From Eledone cirrhosa (lineage: Eukaryota), in assembly GCA_964016885.1 (NCBI GenBank), contig OZ024740.1, forward strand, positions 216,194,001-216,258,000: a stretch of DNA of 64,000 nucleotides, in the 5' to 3' direction. The first letter of the stretch is position 1; every line of letters begins with the position of its first letter. The notes under the pieces were generated by a model. It was not told where the DNA came from and did not search any database. It was given only the letters and a program-made list of their open reading frames with translations. A program made the position numbers and the translations under genes. Below, one piece after another: positions 1-12,155 of this stretch.

Positions 1-334
1 TGTTACTGTATAAATTTAGGCTATATAATATAGATGTTGCTACATAAGGTGAGGATATATAAGAAAGGTTTTGCTATAAGAAGTCAATAATTCGTTAGAT
101 ATGAAACAGGAATTTAATTGACACCATAATTTTAACTATAATTAGATTTTAACATCTAGACTAGTGGGGTGATAGAAGCATCTCCCAAAGCAAAGACCTC
201 GTCTGAAGACTTGCAACAGAGTGGACACTGTTAAAGTCGTCCATGGGTTGGGTAGTCGTATTAAACTGGATGATTCTATAATTGAAGTAGGCCATTTTGT
301 CCTATCTTCTAACAATTTTGCCACTGACTAAATA

Positions 335-515
335 CTGTATATACTCAAATATAAGCAGACCTGCCCACTACTATATGTCTGAGACATAGGCAAAAATCCA
401 AACCCCAGTTAATCAACACATTGTTTAGATGGCATATATAAGCTGACCCCTTTCCCCTAATATACCATCAATATTTTGGTCACATATTCCTTGGATTATA
501 TTCAAGTATTTATGG
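335..515. mobile_element. pogo/Tigger-like MITE, family A
   Basis: TIRs CTGTATATACTCAAATATAAGC / GGATTATATTCAAGTATTTATGG with TA on both sides; internal TATGTCTGAGA..TAGGCAAAAATCCAAAC shared with other copies in the window. Confidence 0.8.
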
Positions 516-679
516 TAATTACCAAACTAAAATATTTGATTTAAACTACTACCATTGGATTGGAATTTTTTTTAGTAAGTCCCTAATTTTTCTTCTCTTA
601 TCACCCAGAAAAGATTCCATACATGACCATCAGGGCTAAGACAATGAGTAATGTAACATTCACATCGAAAACTGAATAT

Positions 680-1385
680 TATACCCAGTACTCTGTGTAA
701 AGGGGTTGGTAATAAGAAGGACAATCAGTCCAGCCATAGAAACCATGACCCCCAAAAATGTGTAGAGAGGACTCAGTCATGTCAAGGAGATGACAACTTC
801 CTGAGTGTTGGTTCTACAATAAAATGCAGCAAGGACACTCACTAAAGAGGTTGGCAATGAGACGACCATTCAATTGTAGAAACCATACAAAAAAATCAAC
901 GAAAATGGGGGAAAAGAGAGGACTCTCTTCAGCCATGTCAGAGACAAGAACAGGGGTAGAAAGAGGACCCTCTTCAGCCATGTCAACTGTTAAGAAAGAT
1001 ATCCAGTCATAGAAACCATGTCAAAAAGAACATATTGAATGAAATGTCATTCCATAACCCATCTAAGAGCAAAGTAGCTCTGATTAACCCTTTAATATTT
1101 ACATTACTCTCTATATACTATTATATTTTCATAGTAAAGGCTTTACCTCATAATTATCTCACATAATATCGAATCTATAAGATTTTGATATTATTTATTT
1201 TGAGAACAATACCTTAACATTAGTATAAGCAGCCAGTTACAGCCAGTTTGAACAGAAAGAGGTGAGAAAATTCTGGTCGGATACGACCAGTTTAAATGCT
1301 AATGGGTTAAGTATGACTTGGAAAGTAATGACCCATCCAACTTATGCCAGCATGAAATAACAGACGTAAAATGGTGATGAAGACT
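680..1385 (+). mobile_element. Tandem degenerate RTE-related SINE/non-autonomous fragments, interrupted by a piggyBac-like MITE
   Basis: Three degenerate GGTTGG..AAGAAGG..ATCCAGCCATAGAAACCATG motifs and an RTE-type tail (ACCCATCCAACTTATGCCAGCATG..GACGTAAAATGGTGATGA) at ~1330-1382. Confidence 0.6.
1088..1306. mobile_element. piggyBac-like MITE
   Basis: TTAA-CCCTTTAATATTTA ... TAAATGCTAATGGG-TTAA; second copy at 62345-62558. Confidence 0.8.
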
Positions 1386-1781
1386 TTTTATAGACAAAAA
1401 TGAAAAATAATAAACAAAACTAAAACAAAAGTAATCAATAATAAACAAAAAAAAAAGACAATAACTAAATACAGAGTAATTAGATTATGATGAAGTGAAT
1501 GTAGAAAATTGTAATGACATATTATATAAGATGTTCTCACAATAGCATCACAACACATGTTAAATTGAGTTAGATTAGGGAGGAGGAGAAATTGATGGAT
1601 GTTAACATCACTTTAGATACATTTTTATGCAGATGATGATGATGATGATTTCAACATTGTTTTATAGGTTTTCTTGTTTGACTCGTTTATTTATTGATAT
1701 GGAGATGAAATAAAATACAAAAATGAAAATAATTAAAAACAAAAACATGAAAAACTAAGATAATGACTAGTATTTAAAATA

Positions 1782-1975
1782 CAAAGGTTGGTTGAAAAAT
1801 TCATAGGCTGACTATGAAGGAGGGATGCTAGAGCTGTGAAATCTTGCATGCATTAATTTCAACTCTTCTTCTTAATAACTGCATTGTTTTGTTCCAAGGA
1901 CTATATTGAAAAAAATAAACCTCATTTGGTCTTTTCATGAGAGTATCTTGGTCAGTAGATGAACTTTTAATCTGG
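1782..1975. mobile_element. mariner-like MITE, right TIR degenerate
   Basis: TA then CAAAGGTTGGTTGAAAAATTCATAGGCTGAC; reverse-complement homolog of 15782-15979. Confidence 0.7.
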
Positions 1976-2174
1976 CTGGAATGGCAATGAAAGCCTTTTA
2001 ATTATTCTGAAAGGGGATGTAAGTAGTAAGTCAACAAAGGTTTAAGGTCTACCCAGCAGTACCTATCAAAAGGTTAAAATGTAGACATAACAGTAAAGCA
2101 CCTAACATAAGATGCTTCTGTCTGTGAAGGAGGTAAAACACAGGTAATCACAGCAACTACTATAAAGACATTTA

Positions 2175-2700
2175 CCATATTTGACGGCTTATAAAACACA
2201 TGGGTTTATAAGACACACCTCAATTTAGGCAGTCATTTAAATAAATACATTTAAACTACAAATGTCAGGTGAAGGGGATAAAGTTTGTACATCATATTTT
2301 TTTTATTATCATTCTACATCATAATTCTAGTCATAATATTTTAGTACATTTTAAAATATAAGGAAATGTGAAAATATATTTACTTTATTCTCTACAATAT
2401 AATTTTGAAATTTTGGTACATTTTAAAAATATAATAAAATGAAAATAATTATTCATCATAAAATTTATTAAAATTGTAGATTTTTTAAAGAAAAAGTTGC
2501 CATTGTTAATGTAGAGATGATCACCACCTTGTTCACATTTGCACAGATGGGCCACTGTGGGCCACTGCATTTAAGGGCCACTGCAGCACTAGGACTCCAT
2601 TAGCCAGTAACCCAAACTGATCCTTGATCTTATAAGATGCAGGGTAATTTACTGGAGCAATTTTTGAAAAATAAAGTGTCTTATAAGTCATCAAATACAG
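2175..2700. mobile_element. pogo/Tigger-like non-autonomous DNA transposon
   Basis: TIRs CCATATTTGACGGCTTATAAAACAC / GTGTCTTATAAGTCATCAAATACAG, TA duplications on both sides. Confidence 0.8.
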
Positions 2701-3281
2701 TATGATCCCTAAGTCTAACTTTAACAGATACCAAAGTGTGCAGAAGATACTTGGGATGTAGCCCCTAAAGTTACCTACACTGAGTTTGCACTTGATAATT
2801 AACAAATTGTATGTTTAGGTTACTTATGTTATATACCTGGTAATGACGATGATGATTGATGAGAAAACCCATTGATTCTTCAAATTGAAGCAAAGAAACT
2901 ATTTATTTATTTATTATTTATTTAATCAATTTAAACGTCCATATAGAGCTAGTAAGCCATGACAGACTAGTGGAAGTATTGAGTATTCTTTACAGTTGGT
3001 AATCAAAAAGAGCTACTGAGTCAAGTAATAAAAAATTAATTTAAAAAAGGGAAAAATCAGAAGAAAAAAAATAAAGTTAAAAAAAAAAAAAAAAAAAAAT
3101 AGAAATAAATAAAACTATGATTTCTCTTTGCTGATACTATCTGTAAGCAGCAACTCCTGCTAGAATTGTTACAGTTGTTTCTGTGTGATGGAAAGCAGGA
3201 TTTGAACTTAGCACAGAGCCCCAAAAATACTACAATGCATTCTGATACTTTAACAACTCCACTAATCCGCTACCCCATGGA

Positions 3282-3420
3282 CATGTACTTTATTTATCGA
3301 CCCTGAAAAGATGAAAGGCAAAGTTAACCTCAGTAGGATTTGAACTCAGAACACAGAAAACTGGAACAAAAACTGCAAGGTATTCTTACCGACGCTCTAC
3401 TGACTTTGCCAATTCACTGA
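3282..3420 (-). mobile_element. tRNA-derived SINE fragment (Meta-domain-like family)
   Basis: Reverse complement of B-box GAGTTCAAATCC and the conserved core AACTTTGCCTTTCATC..GGGTCGATAAA. Confidence 0.7.
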
Positions 3421-3902
3421 CTGATCACAGAATATTATAATTCCTATTTAATTAAGTTCAGTTTTTGCCAGAGGACCAAACATTTTTGTTTACAGTCCTC
3501 TAATCAATAAAACAAGTATCAGTAAGAACATGAGGTTGATTTAATCAATATATACCTCACATAAAAATAATGGAATTCTGCCCAGTAAAAAGATCAATAT
3601 ATTTTCTATAAGTTATACCTTATGTAATCATTAAATCATGATCTATATTCAATCCTGATCATATCTCAAAGTATTTTCCACCACATTCTCTCTGTACATA
3701 TAATAACTAAGGGCTATTAAGAAGGACATATTAAGTTTTAATCTTGTTATACAAAGAACTGACATGTGTCAATATGTACTTGGATAATTCCTGTCGGTAG
3801 TTAAAGTGATGTAGTATACAGGGGGGACTGTAAAGGTGCTTTTAGATGTGGGGGAGACTAATAAAAAGAAGCATGCATGCACCTACATAATACACACACA
3901 CT

Positions 3903-3939
<37 letters not shown>

Positions 3940-4189
3940 GTTATAATGAGCCAGACATATCGCCTAGGGTCGCCGATTATATAATTCGGGCTGTTTGTTT
4001 ACAAACAGACTGAACATTATAATAAATGTTCGGTAAACCCATGCGTACATATATATATGTGTGCATGTACATATGTATATACATACTACTGTACGTCTGT
4101 ATACATATATGTATGTACGTATACATACTTATATTTAGAGTGAGAAATGAAATTTCATTTTTTCCATTTATATATATATATATATATAT

Positions 4190-4385
4190 GAAATCCCAGT
4201 AGAAGGAAGACGCAGAAGGGGTAGACCACGTAAAACATGGGCGGAGGTGGTTAGAGCAGACCTCAGATCGTTGAAACTCACCGAGGAGATGACGAAGGGC
4301 CGTGACAAATGGAGATATGCTGTGCTGAATAGGACCTGTCCAGCCCTTGCAAGCAGGGAAAAGCGAACGTAAAATGATGATGATG

Positions 4386-4387
<2 letters not shown>
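4190..4387 (+). mobile_element. RTE LINE 3' fragment inside (TA)n
   Basis: Translates EIPVEGRRRRGRPRKTWAEVVRADL...; ends in a (GAT)n tail; (TA)n on both sides. Confidence 0.85.
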
Positions 4388-4411
<24 letters not shown>

Positions 4412-4418
<7 letters not shown>

Positions 4419-4508
4419 TAAGGGCCCAACAGCTGAGTGCTTGGTGTGTCCAGATTGGAATTAGCTGTGGGAATGGCAAGAACTCAGCTATTGGGCCCCG
4501 ACTCTCTC
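4412..4508. repeat. Foldback with ~32-bp arms
   Basis: GAGAGAGTAAGGGCCCAACAGCTGAGTGCTTG pairs with CAAGAACTCAGCTATTGGGCCCCGACTCTCTC. Confidence 0.8.
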
Positions 4509-4597
4509 TCTAATATAGTCATTCTCTACTATCCCAAGTATCGAGTACTCTGATGAATAATGGTCTTACTCGTTTAAAACTTATAAAATTCATATAT

Positions 4598-4628
<31 letters not shown>

Positions 4629-4744
4629 TAAATTCATACATTTAACATATATGGGCGACCTTAGGTTTTGGGGAGGAGCCATTTTAAAACTGGCCTCTGA
4701 TTGGGTGCCAGGACAAAATTACAATATATATATATATACATGAA

Positions 4745-4900
4745 TGATGGAGTGTGAATGAACTGAGAGAAAAGCTGCATATAAGAGAATTCAGATAAGC
4801 TGTGCAAGAAAGGAGACTGCATAGGTATGGTCATGTGGTGTATATGAATGAAGAAGTGCCTAGTGATGCCAGTAGAAGGTAGCCTGCAGTGGAGGAAATG
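4745..4900 (+). mobile_element. Degenerate RTE RT C-terminal fragment
   Basis: Translates LREKLHIR..AVQERRLHRYGHVVYM, matching the RTE pieces at 10606-11004 and 57506-58648. Confidence 0.65.
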
Positions 4901-5099
4901 TGAGATGCAGCCGGCATCTCACATTTCTGCAGCTATTTGAGTGTTCAGACAGGCAGTCAGTCCCAAACTCACTTGTATACAATCCTGCATGCTACTGAAT
5001 GTATTTTATCATGACACTAGCACTAGGGAGGTTGTCATGTCTTTGACATAGCTGAAGAGTCCTCCTGGGTGTTAAAATACCAATATATATATTTTTTTT

Positions 5100-5353
5100 G
5101 GGGGGGGGGGGGATAACCTTTGCAGCCAGGGGCAAAAGGGTCAATTCCCCAGGCCCCCTACAGTGGTGGTGGTGGGGGCTTCACCAGCAATTTATTTGTG
5201 CCTTCATCGGGGATTTTTGGTATTAGAATGGTTAGAATTTTTGAATTTGATATGTAAAATTAGGAGGTTTGCTGTGTATTCTAATTTTTTTGAGTATAAG
5301 GGTCCCCCTAAACCTGAAGTGCTCAGGGACCCCAAGGTCTAAATTCAACCCTG
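5100..5353. mobile_element. Possible hAT-like MITE remnant
   Basis: GGGCCCC-like internal motifs and a right end TAAATTCAACCCTG resembling hAT TIRs; left TIR not resolved. Confidence 0.35.
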
Positions 5354-5933
5354 TCAACAGCCTCAGTGGATCCCTGGTATATCAGATTGAAGATGGAAAT
5401 TCTAAACTGGAAAACGTATGAGATTAAAATAGACCATATATATTAGATGACAAGTTGGCAGAGTCATTAAAGTATAAAGTAAAATACCTTGTGGTATTTA
5501 TTTCAGCTTTCTATCTTCTGTGTTCAGATCTATCTACAGTCAACTCTGCCTTTTGTACTTCCAGGATTGATAAAGTACTCATCCAAGATGGTGGAATTGT
5601 GGAATTTTTAGAGCATCAGAAGTTTTGCTGTATTAGTTTTTGCTCTTTGTATTCTGTATTCAAATTATGTCTATTTGATCTGTTGCTCAACCTAGCCCTT
5701 GGGTTACTTGAGTGAAGGCCATTTTGTTAGAAACACTTGGATTGGTCTCCAGGGGTTGAGAATACATTTCCCACTTCCACCAGTTTCAGGGGCCCTGAAA
5801 AGGGCCACGGGTATTGCTCTTCCTTCCCTCCCTTCCTCTCTCACTACACAGTAAAAAGAAGAAACAACATAAAATCTAATACTTCAAATGGCAGAAAAGT
5901 AGGAAACTGTTGCTCATGAAATCCACCAAGTTA

Positions 5934-6592
5934 ATGGTGATGGTGGTGGTGGTGGTGGTCATGATGATGATGATGAGGAGGAGGAAGAGGAATGAGGTAA
6001 CTAATAAAAGTGTCTGGCATGGCACAGACCCACAAATACAACTGGTTAGGAATTGTGACAGGAGTTAAAACTGCTGCTGCTGCTACTACAACCACCAATA
6101 CCCCTAATACTACTCTGACCACCACAACCACTTCCACCACCACTACCATTATCACCACCACCACCCCTATGACTACTACAACCACCTCCATCACCCCTAC
6201 CACCCCTATTACTATTACAACCATTACAAACACCACTGTCATCATCACAATTAACAACCATACCATTGCCACTAATACCACCCTCAACATCACTGTCACC
6301 ACCACCACAACCACCCTCAACATCACCACTGTCACCACCACTACCCTCAAAATCACCACTCTCACCACCACCACCACCACTGCCACCATCACCACTACTC
6401 TCAACATCCCCACCACCACCACCACCACCCTCACAATCACACAATCACTGCCACCCTCACCACCACCATCACCACCATTAACACCCCCCCCCCTCAAGAC
6501 CACCACTACCACCCTCACCACCACCACTACCCTCAACACCATCACCACCACTACCCTCACCACAACCACCCTCAACACCACTACCCACAACA
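5934..6592. repeat. Cryptic (ACC/CAC)n and (GGT/GAT)n low-complexity tract
   Basis: Degenerate trinucleotide repeats; ORFs in several frames are poly-T/V/P/G/H. Confidence 0.85.
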
Positions 6593-6778
6593 TCTTTACA
6601 GTTTTTATTAATCATTGGCAATTGTATGGTGATAAAAGTTAATAAGTTAATTATTAGAAATATTGATAGAAGGTAATTAAATATAATTAGGGTGATTGGC
6701 AGTTAATTAATTATCATTGCCATAATGATAATCATCAGAATCTTTGCCAGCAGCAGCAGTAGCAAATTGAGTCTGAGA

Positions 6779-7378
6779 CAGTTTTCATCTCCAGCTGTCA
6801 CAGTTTTATATCCAGTTATCACAGTTTTATATCCAATAGTCACAGTTTTTTTATCCAGTTCTCACAGTTTTTTATCCAGTATCCACAGTTTTTTATCCAG
6901 TATCCACAGTTTTTTATCCAGTTCTCACAGTTTTTTATCCAGTATCCACAGTTTTTTATCCAGTTCTCACAGTTTTTTATCCAGTATCCACAGTTTTTTA
7001 TCCAGTATCCACAGTTTTTTATCCAGTAGCCACAGTTTTTTATCCAGTTGTCACAGTTTTTTTTTATCCAGTTCTCACAGTTTTATATCCAGATGTCAGT
7101 TTTTTATCCAGTAGTCACAGTTTTTTATCCAGTTCTCACAGTTTTTTATCCCGTTCTCACAGTTTTATATCGAGTAGTCACAGTTTTTTATCCAGATGTC
7201 ACAGTTTTTTTATTCAGTAGTCACAGTTTTACATCCAGTTATCTCAGTTTTATATCCAGTCATCACAGTTTTATATCCAGTTGTCACAATTTTATACCCA
7301 GCTGTCACAGTTTTATACCCAGTTGTCACAGTTTTATACCCAGTTGTCAGTTTTATATCCAGCTGTCACAGTTTTATC
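6779..7378. repeat. ~21-bp minisatellite (CACAGTTTTTTATCCAGTNNT)
   Basis: About 28 tandem units with variable T-run. Confidence 0.9.
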
Positions 7379-7821
7379 TATATTTCTAATGTGATGAATG
7401 ACACAACTTCCAGTTTCACTCTACTTTTTATAGTGAGTCTTTATTTTGTCTTATTCCCCTAAGGCAAAGGTTGGCTATCTGTGGCTCTTAGACACTCTGA
7501 AAATGGTGGTGGTGGTGATAATGAGGATAATACTGCTGGTGAGGACGATTTTAACAATCCCAGCACTGAAGCAATTTCAGATAAGAGTCAAAGCCGAAAT
7601 TGCATTGAGTAAGAAAAACATTTGCTAAATTCATGTTTTACTGTTTATATACATGTCCATGTCTAGGGTCCTGAAACCTTTGGTAATGGAGTAGTTATAT
7701 ATTGTGTTGTTCACTTTCTAATTAAATAGCTCTGTTCTATACATAGAGCACTCTTTTTTTCCTTTGCTTTTTCTTCGGAATTATCTAACACTAAAACATA
7801 TATACATATATATAAAATAAC

Positions 7822-8625
7822 CTCTACTCTGTCTCAACATCCTCAGTTTGCTCAGAGAGTTCTCTGAATTTGGATGCAATAGTATCTGCATACCTGGTCC
7901 TGACTTCCTTATTCACCAACACTTTCCACTTTATCCTGTAGGTTGCCCTGGCCCTGTCAGTATTGTGTGCTTCTTTGGCTTTAGTTAGTCTCAAGTTGCA
8001 GATAACTAGATGGTGATCAGTTGACAGCTCAGCCCCTCTCTTAACATGAACATCCAGCACAGAATCAAAGAGATCAGAGTCAATAACAGAATCAATTATT
8101 GATCCCTGTCCCTGATTCCCCTTACACCATGTATATTTATGGATGTCTCTGTGCTGGAAGAAGGTGTTCATAATAGAGAGTCCATTGCTAGAACAGAAGT
8201 TTAATGAGGCCTTTCCATTCGTATTTAGATCGGGGTCACCATTCCTTCTAAACACTCGTGTCCATGTCAGGTGGCCAGTGCCAACACGTGCATTGAAATC
8301 TCCCATCACGATATATGACTCAGTCTTAACTACATCTAATGCTGCAGTGACTTTATCAATAGAGGACCTGTATTCAGACTCCTTGTTTGGTGCATGCCAC
8401 CCACAGAGACCTATCTTTCAGCCTAAGCTTCATGAGGCAAATCCTTCCTCCTAATGGGATCCAGTCCATAACACATTCCGACAGCCGGGGGCTTCTGAGT
8501 ATCTCCACTCCTGCCTGTGCCACATCTGAATAGTGGAGTTTCCATCCTCCATCCAAATCTACAGTATCAGAGCCATGGAACTTTGTTGAGGAAACCCCAA
8601 CTGTATCTAGCCTCCTCCACTAAAT
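7822..8625 (-). pseudogene. RTE-clade (Expander/Rex3-like) LINE AP-endonuclease fragment, frameshifted
   Basis: Motifs MGDFNARVG, NGLSIMNTFFQH, YTW, IID, VKRGAELSTDHHLV; upstream GWKLHYS..QAGVEIL in another frame. Confidence 0.9.
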
Positions 8626-9444
8626 TATGTGGCTGAGATAGTCTCAATTGTGTCAAGGGCATGACAACACCTTTACTGTTGGTGAACTACATAATATATA
8701 CTGCACTTTCTATAAAGCAGTTGGTGATAGGGAGGTCATCCAACTGTAGAAAAGCCTGCAAAACAAAGGATCAGGAAAATGTTTCAACTATGTCAATGTC
8801 ATCACAATATCCTGGAGTTCTGTTGTCATGATAAAATACACTCAGTAGTGCATGGGATATGGAAGCAAGTTGCAGGCCACATGCTCATCTGAACAGTCAG
8901 TGGAGTGTGGGAATGTATGTGAGATATAGGCTCCCTGTCCATTCTTGGGTTAATACCTCTACTTTGAGTACCAGCTTGGTTTGCTGGCAACCTATCAAAC
9001 TCTTGCAAGCAGGGAAATTGAATGTTAAAAAATAATAATGATGAGGATGATCATGATGAGTATCTTTAAATGATAGTCTAGATGTCAGTTTACAGATAAT
9101 GTTAGGAATGTGTATAACATACAAAAGTATACATATTGATGAACGAGCTATGGTATAATCAGGCTTAGGCACTCCACATCAATTGTACCCATCTAAGTAA
9201 GATCTGGTATCATGTAGACTGATATTCAACTGACATGGTATATGTAGACCCATCCAACCATTGCTAGCAATGGTGAATAAATGCTTCTACATACATCAAA
9301 TTATTTAATATAATTAATGGATTGAATATTGGACAATTAGTATCTCATGTTCTGGAGTCAGCATATCACATACCATATATATGGCCACACTGTAAAATGG
9401 TCATGTAGGATTCATGATAAGAAGCATCCAGTACAAACTGTAAA

Positions 9445-9628
9445 TGTGGTTGGCCTTATGAAGGGTATCCAGCCATAGAAACCAAGCCCAAATCAGTTCT
9501 GTGTGAGCAAAACATGGTCCTCCGACCTGGATGATTCACAACAGACAGCATGTCCTACCCATGTTAGCGTGGAAAATGGACGTTAAACGATCATCATCAT
9601 CATCATTTTATGTCCGCTTTTCCCTGAT
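9445..9628 (+). mobile_element. RTE-tailed SINE/non-autonomous fragment abutting an inverted RTE tail
   Basis: GGTTGG..GAAGGGTATCCAGCCATAGAAACC ... GGAAAATGGACGTTAAACGAT then (CAT)n TTTATGTCCGCTTTTCC. Confidence 0.65.
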
Positions 9629-9783
9629 GATTATATATATATATACATATATATACTTACTGCAAACATTGATGCAATTCAAATCAAGCACTCGACGCAT
9701 TTTTTCCACATAGAAAAAACAGAGTATATTTAGAATGAGAAAATGCGAAGTAGTTTCAGATGTTAAAGTCCTTTATTGGTAAT

Positions 9784-9853
9784 GCTGTGATACATATTTC
9801 AATGACGACAGTGGTCGAACAATTCCCTGTACCCAGGGACATCATCAGACAGC
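9784..9853 (-). ncRNA. Type I hammerhead-ribozyme-like motif in a Penelope-type terminal repeat (copy 1)
   Basis: Minus strand reads GCTGT-CTGATGA-[structured stem II]-GAAA-TATGTA-TC-ACAGC, then AATAAA; stem I closes perfectly. Confidence 0.55.
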
Positions 9854-10279
9854 TTCTTATATTAAAAGGTTATGTTCTCAAGGCAATCCAAACAGAAACG
9901 ACAAGGGAATGGACAAGGCGTGTGTTCTTGAATCGCCTGCCCATTTCCCTGTGGTCAACAATTCACCTCCGCAAGTCTGCGCAGGCGCAAACGGAGGCTG
10001 ACTATCCACTACACCAAACTCACCAAAAATTACATCAAACTAAAATATGTTGACAATCTTTAATAATGTCTTCCTTGTGAAATTTGTGGTCTTGTTTTGC
10101 TTAACTAATGAATATTTCCAGCTCTGCGCACCTAACTTCTGCATGAACCCAGCCACCTAGCTGCTTTCTACTGCATATTGCACATTGAGCACATGTCTTT
10201 ACACTTTGGCTTCTAACTAATTCACCAATCTCTCCTCTCCTATCTCCATCTCTCTCTTTAAGATTGGTTACTCTTGAAC

Positions 10280-10283
<4 letters not shown>

Positions 10284-10345
<62 letters not shown>
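10284..10345. repeat. (TA)n microsatellite
   Basis: About 31 perfect TA units. Confidence 0.95.
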
Positions 10346-10348
<3 letters not shown>

Positions 10349-10605
10349 AGTAAATAGGGAGATGTTTAAATTATAGTAAGAAGTTTAGAAAAGGGAGTCA
10401 ATATTGAATACTTCAGATATATTATCAATATATTGAACGATAGTACCGTATAGTAGAACAGAAGATAAATTGAGGTATGAAACATAGTAATTTGGTAAAC
10501 AATTAGTTAATATCTTCTGCCACATGAATCAAAACAAAACCAAAAGAAAAGGTACCTAGATGCAAAATGAGAGAGGAAACATGTACGAGAAAAAATATGA
10601 GAAAA

Positions 10606-11004
10606 ATCATCATCGTCATCATTTTACGTTCGCTTTTCCCTGCTTGCAAGGGTTGGACGGGTCCTATTCAGCATGTCTCCACTTGTCACGGTTCTTCGTC
10701 ATATCCTCCGTGTGTTTCAGCGATCTGAGGTCTGCTCTCACCACCTCTGTCCATGTTTTTCGTGGTCTACCTCTACTGCATCTTCCCTCCACTGGGACTT
10801 TCTGGCACTTCTTCACCCAGTGGTCATCCTCCATGCGCATCACATGTCCATACCATCTCAGCCTTCTCTCCTGCACACCACATCTTATCCCTCTTATACC
10901 CAGTTTCTTTCTCAACACGTCTATGCTTGGTCGTTCACGCACATTGACATTGCACATCCAACGGAGCATACTTGCTTCATTTCTCTCCAGCCGTCGCATA
11001 TCTT
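10606..11004 (-). mobile_element. 5'-truncated RTE LINE with apparent 10-bp TSD
   Basis: ORF RRLERNEASMLRWMC..RRLRWYGHVMRM..RGRPRKTW; (GAT)n tail; ATATGAGAAA at 10595-10604 and 11005-11014. Confidence 0.9.
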
Positions 11005-11186
11005 ATATGAGAAAGGTAAACATGTATATCGGTATGGAGATGAAAGTAGAAGTGGTGGAAATATTTGTCAATTTGACCATGTAAAGTGTATATAAAAATT
11101 TGTTGTCGGATGGTATGAGGGCGCCTCCATGCAAAATGCAAGTTGCTGCAGGATTGCCTTGAGAACATAACCTTTTAATATAAGAA

Positions 11187-11259
11187 GCTGTCTGATGATG
11201 TCACGGCACTGGGTACACGGATGTGTGGCCACTGCTGTCATTGAAATATGTATCACAGC
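11187..11259 (+). ncRNA. Type I hammerhead-ribozyme-like motif (copy 2, inverted relative to copy 1)
   Basis: GCTGT-CTGATGA-TG..long hairpin..CA-TT-GAAA-TATGTA-TC-ACAGC; ~130 bp (11151-11283) is an inverted match to 9760-9889. Confidence 0.55.
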
Positions 11260-11284
11260 ATTACCAATAAAGTTCTTCAACATT

Positions 11285-12155
11285 TTACGATCTGAGTTCA
11301 AATCTCGCCGAGGTTAACTTTGCCTTTCATCTTTATGGGGTGGATAAAATAAAGTACCAGTAATGTACTGGATAATTGCTGGCCTTGTGCCAAAAGTAGA
11401 AACAATTATTATTACTGGAATTGGTAGTATCATTAGAGCATTGAACAACATGCTTTGTGGTATATAGTCACAGCCCTTCATGCTCAGAGTTCAAATCATG
11501 GTGAGGTTAGCATTGCGTTTTATCCATACAGGGTCGATAAAACAAAGCACCAGTAACGCACTGGGGTCAATTTAATCGACTTTCCCTTCCCCTAAAATTG
11601 TTGGCCTTGTGCCTAAATCAGAAACCATTATTATTATTATTATCCATCCAGGGTCAATAAAAATAGTACCAGTCAAATACTGGGGTTGATTTAATTAACT
11701 TCCCCAGCCCCTCAAATTGCAGGCCTTGTGTCTAAAAGAAAAGTGTTATTTGTTCTGCTCTTTATTTTCTGAGTTCAAATCCTGTTGAGGTCACCGTCTT
11801 TCATCTTTCTGGGGCTTGATAAAATAAAGTATTGGAGTTGGTTTTATTGATTTTCTTCTTTCACAAATCACTGGCTTTGTGTCTAAACTAGAAACCACTA
11901 TTATCAACATCATTATTAGGACGGCAGATTGACAGTATCGGTAGACACCATGCTTTGCAGCATAGAGTTATGGCCCTTTACGTTCTGGGTTCAAATTCCA
12001 CCAAGGTTAGCTTTGCCTTTCATCCTTACAGGTTTGATGAAATAAAGCACCAGTAATGCACTGGGGTTGATTTAATTCACCCCCGCCCCCTCCTCCCCCC
12101 AAAAAATTGCTGGCCTTGTGCCTATAGTAGAAACAATTAATATTATTATTATTAT
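11285..12155 (+). mobile_element. Head-to-tail cluster of ~5 tRNA-derived SINE copies/fragments
   Basis: Repeated B-box GAGTTCAAATC, core GCCTTTCATC..GGGTCGATAAAA..CACCAG and tail GCTGGCCTTGTGCC..AGAAACAATT(ATT)n. Confidence 0.85.

Noticed and set aside
5931-6642. Thr/Pro-rich 210-aa ORF
   Set aside because: Cryptic trinucleotide repeat open in many frames; no signal peptide or splice support
9761-11282. Solo LTRs (TGTTG...CAACA) or Mutator-like long TIRs
   Set aside because: No matching 4-6 or 9-bp TSDs and the 5' parts are unrelated; the hammerhead/pseudo-LTR reading explains the conserved positions better
11919-12005. tRNA genes suggested by A/B boxes (also 28382, 40878, 54300, 63918)
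   Set aside because: No cloverleaf; each continues into a SINE core and tail
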